Shown: in pieces, positions 1 to 7,375 of the stretch
Layout: each line of letters opens with the position of its first letter
Numbering within the stretch: position 1 is the first letter of the stretch
Origin: Candidatus Firestoneibacteriota bacterium
Lineage (GTDB): Bacteria; Oederibacteriota; D2-FULL-39-29; JBDRBU01
Assembly (NCBI GenBank): GCA_043822305.1
Contig: JBDRBU010000074.1
Location: 1-32,135 of the forward strand
Reading direction: 5' to 3'
Length of the DNA stretch: 32,135 nucleotides
Position numbers and translations under genes: made by a program
Notes under the pieces: model-generated
Databases searched by the model: none
What the model was told of the DNA's origin: nothing
The model's input: only the letters and a program-made list of their open reading frames with translations

Positions 1-160
1 GCAAATGCGTACGATTTTCAAAAGCCACTGATAGTTGGGGACTGAAAATATTGTAAAATTTCAAAAAATGGTTGATTGCTCATTGAAAAATTTATCCTTA
101 AGAATGTCCGTAAATTGGTCTTGACAAACCCGACCACTTTAGGGAACAAAAATAATCACC

Positions 161-189
161 TTGACAAAGTTACAAAAAAATAGTATAAT
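161..189 (+). promoter_or_regulatory. Consensus sigma70-type promoter upstream of the prephenate dehydratase-like gene
   Basis: TTGACA (161-166), 17-bp spacer, TATAAT (184-189); perfect consensus in an intergenic position. Confidence 0.85.
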
Positions 190-198
190 TTTTACTGC

Positions 199-320
199 AT
201 AGGAAAGTATAAAAATACTTTCCTATCTCCGCCTGCTTTGCTGCGCAAAGCAAAACGGCTGGGACTGCGAAAATCGCATATGCATTGCGATAAAAGTCAT
301 CGCCGAAGGCGATTTTCTTG
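199..320 (+). promoter_or_regulatory. Structured 5' leader with four hairpins, the last resembling a weak intrinsic terminator
   Basis: ATAGGAAAGTAT/ATACTTTCCTAT (199-226, 12-bp perfect stem); TGCTTTGC/GCAAAGCA (234-252); ATCGCA/TGCGAT (273-291); ATCGCC-GAA-GGCGAT (299-313) followed by TTTCTT. Confidence 0.5.
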
Positions 321-332
321 AAAGGATAATAA

Positions 333-1214
333 GTGAATATGCCATCTTTAATTTGTAAAAAAATAAGAATAGGATATTTTGGGTTGGAGGATAGTTTTAC
401 TTATCTCGCCACTTTAAGGAGATTTGGACGAGGATACTTGTACAAATCTGAGCCGTTAATTTCCAAAATTTTTGAAGATATAATAAATAATGTTATTGAC
501 ATAGCTGTAGTTCCAATTGAAAATTCCATAGGTGGAACTGTTTATGATACTGTTGATGAGATTATTAGTGATAGATTTTTCAAAAGCAATGTTCAGATAA
601 AGGAAGAATTGTATTTCCCGATAATTTTGAACTTATTAAGTAAATCTATCTTATCAAAAATTCAAAAAGTTTATTCGCATCCTTTTCCAATTTATTTTTG
701 TAGAAAATGGATAGAGACAAATTTGCCAGAAGCAAAAGTAATAGAAGTAAACAGCACTTCAGAAGCTGCTAAAATGGCCAGTAGAGAAAAAACTTCAGCA
801 GCTATTGCTAGCGCAGCAGCTGCTAAGAATTATGGACTAAATTTAATCGTGAAAAATATTGGCGGAAAAGAATCTAATATAACTCACTTTTTTGTATTAA
901 GTAAATCACCAATCATTCCCAAGCGAAAAGAAAACAAAACAGCTATTGCGTTTTCTTTGCAGCATAAACCCGGAGCACTTTATATAGCACTTGGAACGCT
1001 CGCCAAAGCCGATATTAATTTAACAAGGATTATATCCAGACCTTTAAGAGGTAAAGTAGGAGAATATAAGTTTCTTGTAGAGGTTGAGGGTATTATAAGT
1101 GAGCCATCCGTTCAAAAAGCTATCAAAAAATTAGAAAAACACACAACCTGGATTAATGTTATCTCTTCTTATCCTACTATAAATGGAAAACATGCAATTT
1201 CAAGATGTAAATAA
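333..1214 (+). CDS. pheA: Prephenate dehydratase-family protein (PDT plus C-terminal ACT domain, no chorismate mutase domain), divergent
   Basis: VVPIENSIGG, VYSHP, NSTSEAA, AAIAS, NITHF, HKPGALY and INLTRIISRP match the PDT/ACT pattern; AAAGGA RBS-like at 321-326 before GTG. Confidence 0.85.
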   Translation: MNMPSLICKKIRIGYFGLEDSFTYLATLRRFGRGYLYKSEPLISKIFEDIINNVIDIAVVPIENSIGGTVYDTVDEIISDRFFKSNVQIKEELYFPIILNLLSKSILSKIQKVYSHPFPIYFCRKWIETNLPEAKVIEVNSTSEAAKMASREKTSAAIASAAAAKNYGLNLIVKNIGGKESNITHFFVLSKSPIIPKRKENKTAIAFSLQHKPGALYIALGTLAKADINLTRIISRPLRGKVGEYKFLVEVEGIISEPSVQKAIKKLEKHTTWINVISSYPTINGKHAISRCK

Positions 1215-1257
1215 AAAAGGACTTTGAATTTGCAGGAAAGACATAAATACCGCGCAA

Positions 1258-2601
1258 CTACCATCGAATTACATCTGCTATAATAGGGCAAACCTTTAAT
1301 GCTATTTGACAATCTTTGAATTTAGCTCCGATGGATTTCATATTTTTAAGAAAGTCTGGATATGATTTTGAAATACAATTTACGCTTTCTATTCTAATAT
1401 TACCTATTTTTAATCCAGCTACTAATAATGCCATGGCGATTCTATGATCGTTACAAGAGCAAACACATCCTGGTTTTAAATAAGATTGTTTTACTGTTAT
1501 ACTATCTTTTGTAGTAGATATGTTAGCACCTAATTTCATTAACTCACCAGCGGAAGTAGTAATTCTGTTGCTTTCTTTATGCACTAAATGAGATATATTA
1601 TATATTTTTGTCTTCCCTTTTGCAAAACAGCCAACAACTGTAAGAATAGGCACCAAATCGGGCATAGAACTACAATCTATACTCATACCTTTGAGTACAA
1701 ATGGGCCTTTAATCCTAACCGTATTTTTTTTACATTTTATTTTCGCTCCCATCATATTCAAAATATCTACGATTTTTTTATCTCCTTGTTTGTCATCTAT
1801 AAGATCTGTAATAGTAATATCAGAAGGAAGTAAACAGGCTGCAACTATCAAAAAAGCAGAGGATGAATAATCTCCGTGAATTATAAATTTTTTCTGTGGT
1901 TTAATTTTCTGATTGCATGGCACATAAAATTTCTTGTAATGCTCATTTTTTACCTTTATTCCCGCTTGTTGAAGAACATCAATTGTAATATCAACATATG
2001 GACTAGAAACTAATCTGTCTTTTACTATTATAGTCGTATTATTTTTTGCAAAAGGCGAAGCTATTAAAAGTGAAGATATTGCCTGAGAGCTTTCTATTCC
2101 GCTTACATAGATTCTACCTCCTTTAATTTCTCCACTTCCCTTTAATCTAATTGGAACTTTGTGGCTCTTACCAATTCCAGAGATTTGTATATTCCATGAT
2201 CTTAATGCCTCCACAATTGTCATGTTTGAGCGATTCAACAGTGTTCCTTGTCCCTGAATTTTAAAATTACCTTTAACTAAAGCAAGTATAGGTAAAATAA
2301 ATCTTAAAAGTGTTCCAGACTCACCAACATTTATTGAATAACTTTTAGGCCGAGGTAGTCCATAAAAACCTTTTACTATGTATAGACAGTTGGACTTTCT
2401 TTTAATAACAGCTCCTAATTGTTGACAAACATGAATTGTGGCCAATGTATCATTTGAGTATAATGGATTTACAATTTTGCATCTGCCATGTATACTACCG
2501 ATTATAATAGCTCGTTGAGTATATGATTTGGATGGAGGTGCTTTAATAACTCCAATTAATCGGGGGATTTTTTTGATAATAAGATTGATATTTTTTCTCA
2601 T
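1258..2601 (-). CDS. aroA: EPSP synthase-family enolpyruvyl transferase (3-phosphoshikimate 1-carboxyvinyltransferase-like)
   Basis: PPSKSYTQRA, GESGTLLRF, SSQAISSLL, PYVDIT, GDYSSSAF, DLVP, KESNR, DHRIAM, KSYPDF motifs. Confidence 0.85.
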   Translation of the reverse strand: MRKNINLIIKKIPRLIGVIKAPPSKSYTQRAIIIGSIHGRCKIVNPLYSNDTLATIHVCQQLGAVIKRKSNCLYIVKGFYGLPRPKSYSINVGESGTLLRFILPILALVKGNFKIQGQGTLLNRSNMTIVEALRSWNIQISGIGKSHKVPIRLKGSGEIKGGRIYVSGIESSQAISSLLIASPFAKNNTTIIVKDRLVSSPYVDITIDVLQQAGIKVKNEHYKKFYVPCNQKIKPQKKFIIHGDYSSSAFLIVAACLLPSDITITDLIDDKQGDKKIVDILNMMGAKIKCKKNTVRIKGPFVLKGMSIDCSSMPDLVPILTVVGCFAKGKTKIYNISHLVHKESNRITTSAGELMKLGANISTTKDSITVKQSYLKPGCVCSCNDHRIAMALLVAGLKIGNIRIESVNCISKSYPDFLKNMKSIGAKFKDCQIALKVCPIIADVIRW

Positions 2602-2603
2602 TT

Positions 2604-3227
2604 TTATTTTTTCAGATATTCGAGGTATTCCTTTGGGGTGATTTCTCCATTTCTAAACGCTTCCTTAGCGTCCTCTTTTGTTTTTATTTCTGTCTTCCCC
2701 TTCTTTTGGGGCAATGGTTCATTCCCTTCATATCCATAAACAGCTATTTTATTTATACCACCGAAATACCTATCCATCCCTTCTCTGTAAGAAAAAACTA
2801 CTATTTTAATAGTATCTGTTTTAAACTTCTCTTTAATTTCTAGATTTTTATAAGAGTTTTCCTTGTATTTTCTAATACTTTTCATCTCTTTATATGTAGT
2901 GTCATTACATAAAATTTCAAAATTATATAAACCAGGTATTTCTTTTTTTGTAAAAAGATTGCTTTCTATAGTGCATAGCGGTAAATCCAATATTATTTTA
3001 GTAACAGTTACTATTTTGGGGAAATTTATTTGCAGATAAAGATTGGTTTTTTCTTGTATTATTTTATCTACATGCCATCCATCTTTACTTTCTTTAAAAC
3101 TTTTAAAAGTTATCTTAACATTTGGTAATTTATCCAATCTTATTTCTTCCGCAAAAATGTTTTGCAAAAACAACAATGAAAATATTAAAACCATTCTTGT
3201 TTTCATCGTATTCTTTATCTCCTTCAT
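2604..3227 (-). CDS. Hypothetical exported protein; signal peptide, probable beta-sandwich core, short C-terminal SHOCT-like helix
   Basis: 207-aa ORF tightly packed between purB and aroA; basic N-terminus, hydrophobic VLIFSLLFLQNIFA then EE; ends EAFRNGEITPKEYLEYLKK; start could be the downstream ATG at 3206. Confidence 0.65.
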   Translation of the reverse strand: MKEIKNTMKTRMVLIFSLLFLQNIFAEEIRLDKLPNVKITFKSFKESKDGWHVDKIIQEKTNLYLQINFPKIVTVTKIILDLPLCTIESNLFTKKEIPGLYNFEILCNDTTYKEMKSIRKYKENSYKNLEIKEKFKTDTIKIVVFSYREGMDRYFGGINKIAVYGYEGNEPLPQKKGKTEIKTKEDAKEAFRNGEITPKEYLEYLKK

Positions 3228-3231
3228 TTTT

Positions 3232-4524
3232 TTAAATTTTTAATCTTTTATAAATACTTTTTACATTTTTTAGATAAGAATGAATATTGAAACAATCTTG
3301 TATTTCGGCTGGATTTAAATATTTAGTTACTCTACAGTCACTTAAAAGGAGTTCTTTAAAATTTCCTTCTTTTCTCCATACCTTCATTGCGTTATCTTGA
3401 ACTATCTTATAAGCTTTTTCTCTTGATATTTCTTTTTTTGTCAAGGCTATTAAGACTTTTTGAGAAAACATTAATCCCTTGGTTCTATCTAAGTTTTCTT
3501 TCATGTTTTCTGGATAAACTTGCAGATTTTCTATTGTATATATAAATTTTTTTAACATATAGTGAAGAAGGATAGTGCTATCAGGTATTATTACTCTTTC
3601 AGCAGATGAATGGGTTATATCTCTCTCGTGCCAAAGTGGTATGTTTTCAAAACCAACAGTTGCATTTGCCCGTAAGATTCGGGCTAATCCTGATATTCTT
3701 TCACAAATAATTGGATTTCTTTTATGTGGCATAGCCGACGAACCTTTTTGTCCTTTTTCAAAAGGTTCTTCTAATTCTAAAACTTCAGTTTTTTGTAAAT
3801 GTCTTATTTCTGTTGCAAATTTATCAAGAGAAGAACCTATTATGGCTATGACTGATAAGTATTCTGCATGTCTGTCTCTTTGAATTATTTGTGTTGAGAC
3901 AGGAGATGGTTTAAGTTTTAATTTTCTACATACATAACTTTCAATAGAAGGGTCAATATTTGAATAAGTACCCACTGCTCCAGAAATCTTGCCGAAACTA
4001 ATAATTTCTTTTGCTCTTTTCATTCTAATGTAATTTCTTTCCATTTCCTTCCACCATATGGCTAACTTTAACCCAAAGGTAGTAGGCTCAGCATGTATAC
4101 CATGAGTTCTTCCTATCATAATTAAATCTTTATTTTTTTTTGCTTTGTTTCTTAAAATTTTTACTATTTTTTCAATATCGTTTAGAATTATATCTGCTGC
4201 ATCTTTCATCTGAAGGGCTAAACCTGTATCTAAAACATCTGAGGAAGTTAATCCTCTATGAATATATCTTGAATCCTTTCCAACATTTTCTGCAATAGAA
4301 GATAGAAAAGCAATAACATCATGTTTTACTTCTTCTTCAATTTCCAGAATACGGTTTAGATTAAATTTTGCTTTTTTCTTTATATTTTTAAATGATTTTA
4401 AAGGTATTTCACCTCGTTTTGTTAATGCTTCACATACTAATAGTTCTATTTGTAACCATTTACTATATTTTATTTCATCCGACCATATTTTACCTATATC
4501 AGGCAGGGTATATCTTTCAATCAT
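3232..4524 (-). CDS. purB: Adenylosuccinate lyase
   Basis: MIERY start, KHDVIAF, GLTSSDVLDT, GRTHGIHAEP, signature SSAMPHKRNP, WHERDITHSSAER; 430 aa. Confidence 0.97.
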   Translation of the reverse strand: MIERYTLPDIGKIWSDEIKYSKWLQIELLVCEALTKRGEIPLKSFKNIKKKAKFNLNRILEIEEEVKHDVIAFLSSIAENVGKDSRYIHRGLTSSDVLDTGLALQMKDAADIILNDIEKIVKILRNKAKKNKDLIMIGRTHGIHAEPTTFGLKLAIWWKEMERNYIRMKRAKEIISFGKISGAVGTYSNIDPSIESYVCRKLKLKPSPVSTQIIQRDRHAEYLSVIAIIGSSLDKFATEIRHLQKTEVLELEEPFEKGQKGSSAMPHKRNPIICERISGLARILRANATVGFENIPLWHERDITHSSAERVIIPDSTILLHYMLKKFIYTIENLQVYPENMKENLDRTKGLMFSQKVLIALTKKEISREKAYKIVQDNAMKVWRKEGNFKELLLSDCRVTKYLNPAEIQDCFNIHSYLKNVKSIYKRLKI

Positions 4525-4527
4525 TTT

Positions 4528-5355
4528 TTACTCCTGTTTTTTTAATCCAAGATCTTCTGCAACTTGTTCTATTATAGAAAGTTCAATAGTTTCTTTTTTT
4601 TCAATAAATCCTTCAAGCAGGGCATTATCACAGATTGCATTTATAATTCTTGGTATCCCTTTTGTAAAAACAAAAACTAATTTAGATGCTTCTTCAGTGA
4701 AAATTTCTTTTGTTGCACCAGCAACTTTTAATCTATAGTTTATGTAACCTATAGCCGTATTTTCATCTAAAGGTTTTAAAGTAAATTTTAAACCTATTCT
4801 TGAAACCAAAGGAGGATCCAACTGCATGTTTTTTTCTAACTCAGGCGGACCAAATAAAACAATATTCAATAATTTATGGCTTCCACTTTCTACATTAAGC
4901 AGTCCTCTTAATTCTTCGTAAATTTCCTGAGTTTGTAACATATGTGCTTCATCTATTAATATAACTGCTCTTTTACCCTCTTCATCTATTAGTATAAGTT
5001 GTTTACATATCTGAGAGATTAAGATAGATTTATCTTCCGCTGGATATTCAACTCCTAATTGAATAGCAATTTTTTTTAGTAGCCAGGCAGCGGTGATTTC
5101 ATGATGAATTACAATAAGTAAAGCTGCTTCATATTTGTTTTCTTCTGATTGTAATTTATCGAGAATTTTTCTACTTAAAAAAGTCTTTCCTAATCCTATA
5201 TCTCCAATTAATACAGTTAACCCTTTTGCGGAATCAATAGCATGTTGAACACGAATTAAAGCTCCCATATGCTGGTCGCTTTCATAGAAAAACCTTGGGT
5301 CCGGAGTAATAGCAAAAGGCTGTTCTTTTAAGCCATAAAATTGTTCATAACTCAT
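4528..5355 (-). CDS. ExeA/GspA-family AAA+ ATPase (ATPase domain only)
   Basis: N-terminal YEQFYGLKEQPFAITPDPRFFY, Walker A GDIGLGKT, Walker B ILIDEAH, GIPRIINAICDNALL. Confidence 0.88.
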   Translation of the reverse strand: MSYEQFYGLKEQPFAITPDPRFFYESDQHMGALIRVQHAIDSAKGLTVLIGDIGLGKTFLSRKILDKLQSEENKYEAALLIVIHHEITAAWLLKKIAIQLGVEYPAEDKSILISQICKQLILIDEEGKRAVILIDEAHMLQTQEIYEELRGLLNVESGSHKLLNIVLFGPPELEKNMQLDPPLVSRIGLKFTLKPLDENTAIGYINYRLKVAGATKEIFTEEASKLVFVFTKGIPRIINAICDNALLEGFIEKKETIELSIIEQVAEDLGLKKQE

Positions 5356-5361
5356 AATAGA

Positions 5362-5390
5362 ATTTTATCAAAAATACTACATAAAGTCAA
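5362..5390 (-). promoter_or_regulatory. Sigma70-type promoter with extended -10 for the ATPase-purB operon
   Basis: Minus strand TTGACT (5390-5385), 17 bp, TGA-TAAAAT (-10 at 5367-5362), 6 nt before the ATG at 5355. Confidence 0.7.
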
Positions 5391-5516
5391 GGTATTCATT
5401 TTTTCTTTGTTTGTCTTCTTTAAGATTCCTATAATAGTTTCTTTGTAATATGTTAGCCTTTCTAAAGATCTTTCTCTTGGTTTTTATTAAAATTATATCA
5501 ATTATTAATTTTTTTT

Positions 5517-5538
5517 GCCCAATGAATTGGGCAACTAC
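5517..5538 (-). repeat. GTAG-type REP-like palindrome (family A)
   Basis: Minus strand GTAGTTGCCCAATTCATTGGGC: GTAG, 2 nt, 7-bp arms; related copy at 15293-15314. Confidence 0.7.
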
Positions 5539-5587
5539 AATATAGCAAAATTCTTGTAATGGGTCAGTCAATGGTGCATAATATAAG

Positions 5588-5830
5588 GTAGCCGCAACCT
5601 TCAAGTTGCGAAGGTATTGATATACAAACTCTTTTTACGCAGGCTCGCACCCGCTTCGCGGTGCATTCCTAATTATTTATTGGACACTAATGAAAGTCAG
5701 GTCTAATTGCTTCGCAGGTCTAATTGCTTCGCAATTAACCATGACCAATATTATATTTTACATTAAGGAAAGTCAATTAACCATGACCAATATTATATTT
5801 TACATTAATGAAAGTCAAACCTGCGGCTAC
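5588..5830. repeat. Inverted REP doublet (REPIN-like, family B), second REP interrupted in its loop
   Basis: GTAGCCGCAACCTTCAAGTTGCG (5588-5610); partner split into CGCAGGCT (5638-5645) and AAACCTGCGGCTAC (5817-5830). Confidence 0.65.
5698..5815. repeat. Two adjacent tandem duplications (2 x 17 bp, then 2 x 42 bp)
   Basis: CAGGTCTAATTGCTTCG at 5698-5714 and 5715-5731; CAATTAACCATGACCAATATTATATTTTACATTAA(G/T)GAAAGT at 5732-5773 and 5774-5815 (one mismatch). Confidence 0.9.
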
Positions 5831-5866
5831 CAAAAGCGACAATCACTGACCCATTACAATTCTTTG

Positions 5867-6955
5867 TTAAAAGGCAAAAGTAGGTACATGGTACCCCCTC
5901 TTTGAATAATCAGTTTTATTAATATATCTTTTTTTAAACTCATCGTCAAGGAAAATCGGTGGAATAAGACAGACTTTCTGAGAAATATTTAGATTACGTT
6001 GTTTAAGAATATCTAAAGGTGTCAAACCTCCTTTGTAGTAATTTTTTCTGACAGTATTAAAGAATAATTGGTATACAGTAGCCTTGATTTTAAAATCATT
6101 TTTTGAAATAAAAGATTCTATTCTAAAGAACTCATTTTCAATTAAATTGTGAACAGTTTCAACATCAGCCTGCCATGTATGTGCTCTTGGAGGGATAGTA
6201 AAGTGCTCGGCGCCGAATTTACTTACAGTAAAAGTGAAGGAGCTGTCTTTTTTTGCGAGATAACTGCCAATGAATTCTGAGCCATTATCAGTTTGTACAG
6301 TGAGTTTGGTAAGATCAACATTGCATTCTCTAAGTTTTGACAGAACGACGTCAATGAAGATTGTAGAATTAACTAATGATCTTTCATCGCCAAAGCCTAA
6401 GAACTGTAATCCCGTTACCGGTTCTCTAAGAGTATACTGGATAGGATAAAGTTTGAGAAGTTTCATAGGCAAATAATATTCTGGAATATCTATTAAATCT
6501 TTCGTATCGAGATTTGATCTGCTGAATATATTCCAAAGCGATTTCATCGCTCGGAGATCATTTTTAACTACATATTTTTTCTTTCGTTTCCTTGTTATTC
6601 CGTGAGATTTGATGATTCTGGCTATTGTTTTATCAGATCTTGGTATATTAAAGTCTCTTTTAATTCTTAATGCACCCCAAGTAGGAAGATCCTTTTTAAT
6701 GGCAATAATTCTGTCTTCTATGTCTTTTGGTGTTTTATGTGGAATATTTTTTGGTGCTTTGGATAAATCTTTAAGACCTTCGTATCCTTTTTCTTCAAAG
6801 CGAGAGAACCACTTTTTTACTGTCTTTACAGTGGCTTTAAATATTACAGCTGCAGGTTTCTTGCCGTGTTCTTTGGCATAGATAACCATTTCGTGTCGTA
6901 TGAAAGATTTATCTTTACTTTTTCTAAGCATAGTGTAATATGGTATTGGACACAT
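5867..6955 (-). CDS. IS481-like DDE transposase (N-terminal HTH, rve-type integrase core)
   Basis: KTVKKWFSRFEEKGYEGLKDLSKAP and WGALRIK HTH segments; DDE candidates in LDTKD, QTDNGSEF, ADVETVH; start placed at ATG 6955 after AAGGAGGT rather than 6985. Confidence 0.88.
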   Translation of the reverse strand: MCPIPYYTMLRKSKDKSFIRHEMVIYAKEHGKKPAAVIFKATVKTVKKWFSRFEEKGYEGLKDLSKAPKNIPHKTPKDIEDRIIAIKKDLPTWGALRIKRDFNIPRSDKTIARIIKSHGITRKRKKKYVVKNDLRAMKSLWNIFSRSNLDTKDLIDIPEYYLPMKLLKLYPIQYTLREPVTGLQFLGFGDERSLVNSTIFIDVVLSKLRECNVDLTKLTVQTDNGSEFIGSYLAKKDSSFTFTVSKFGAEHFTIPPRAHTWQADVETVHNLIENEFFRIESFISKNDFKIKATVYQLFFNTVRKNYYKGGLTPLDILKQRNLNISQKVCLIPPIFLDDEFKKRYINKTDYSKRGYHVPTFAF

Positions 6956-7375
6956 ATTGGCACCTCCTTTTATTTGTTTTGTCATAAAGACTATTTTAGG
7001 AGTTTAAAGCCCTATGTGTCCACTATTTTTTTAAAGATTTTTCAATATTTCTTTAAGATTTAAATTTTCTTCTTCACCATAATAATACTTCCAGTATTCT
7101 TTAACTCTTTTCCAACTCCAATATTCTGAATCAAAAGTGTAACCTATGTTAGTTGGCTCATATCCGTAATATTGCCTGGTTTCTGTTTTTATCTGTTTAT
7201 TTTTAGCCCTTGGCTTGCGTTTATTTGCATTATCTTGTCGCCTTTGAGGTATTGATACCCCTGTTTTTTCCCTTTCCTCTTTATCCAATATTTTCTGAAC
7301 TATTTCCTTAACTTTGTCGTGCCATACTGTTCCAAAACACTTTAACAGGGGGGTACGATCTACCTTCCCATTACC
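5872..7375 (-). mobile_element. IS481-like insertion element of about 1.5 kb flanked by a 16-bp direct repeat
   Basis: ACAATTCTTTGTTAAA at 5856-5871 and 7376-7391; imperfect inverted repeat AGGTACATGGTACCCCC (5882-5898) vs reverse complement AGGTAGATCGTACCCCC (7365-7349), each 10 nt inside the direct repeat; contains a DDE transposase. Confidence 0.7.
7031..7288 (-). pseudogene. Probable 3' fragment of an unknown gene carried inside the element
   Basis: The frame stays open upstream of the TTG to the element end (about 7360) without an ATG or clear RBS; no recognisable domain. Confidence 0.35.

Larger units (their letters stand above)
5556..5857. mobile_element. Non-autonomous MITE-like element with terminal inverted repeats
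   Basis: GTAATGGGTCAGT (5556-5568) and ACTGACCCATTAC (5845-5857) are exact inverted repeats; AATTCTT directly flanks both ends (5549-5555, 5858-5864); exact ends uncertain by 1-2 bp. Confidence 0.7.

Noticed and set aside
196..332. T-box, leader-peptide attenuator, or glycine/lysine riboswitch upstream of pheA
   Set aside because: No T-box consensus or Phe-rich leader ORF; GCCGAAGG alone is insufficient for a known riboswitch call. Kept only as an unclassified structured leader.
1588..4577. Plus-strand ORFs 1588-1833, 3043-3243, 3575-3883, 4392-4577
   Set aside because: Antisense to aroA, the hypothetical gene, purB and the ATPase; no supporting features.
5377..5604. 75-aa minus-strand ORF
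   Set aside because: Runs across REP and MITE sequence and the operon promoter; no RBS or recognisable domain.
5688..5817. CRISPR-like array suggested by recurring TAA(T/G)GAAAGTCA
   Set aside because: The shared motif is only 12 bp, spacing is irregular, the intervening sequences are largely duplicates rather than unique spacers, and no cas genes are present.
5690..5905. 71-aa plus-strand ORF with repeated peptide SQLTMTNIIFYI
   Set aside because: By-product of the 42-bp tandem duplication; crosses element boundaries and overlaps the transposase end.
4528..6955. ATPase plus DDE transposase as a two-gene IS21/Mu/Tn7-like unit
   Set aside because: The ATPase lies outside the direct repeats, has its own promoter, shows the ExeA-type N-terminus and is tightly linked to purB.
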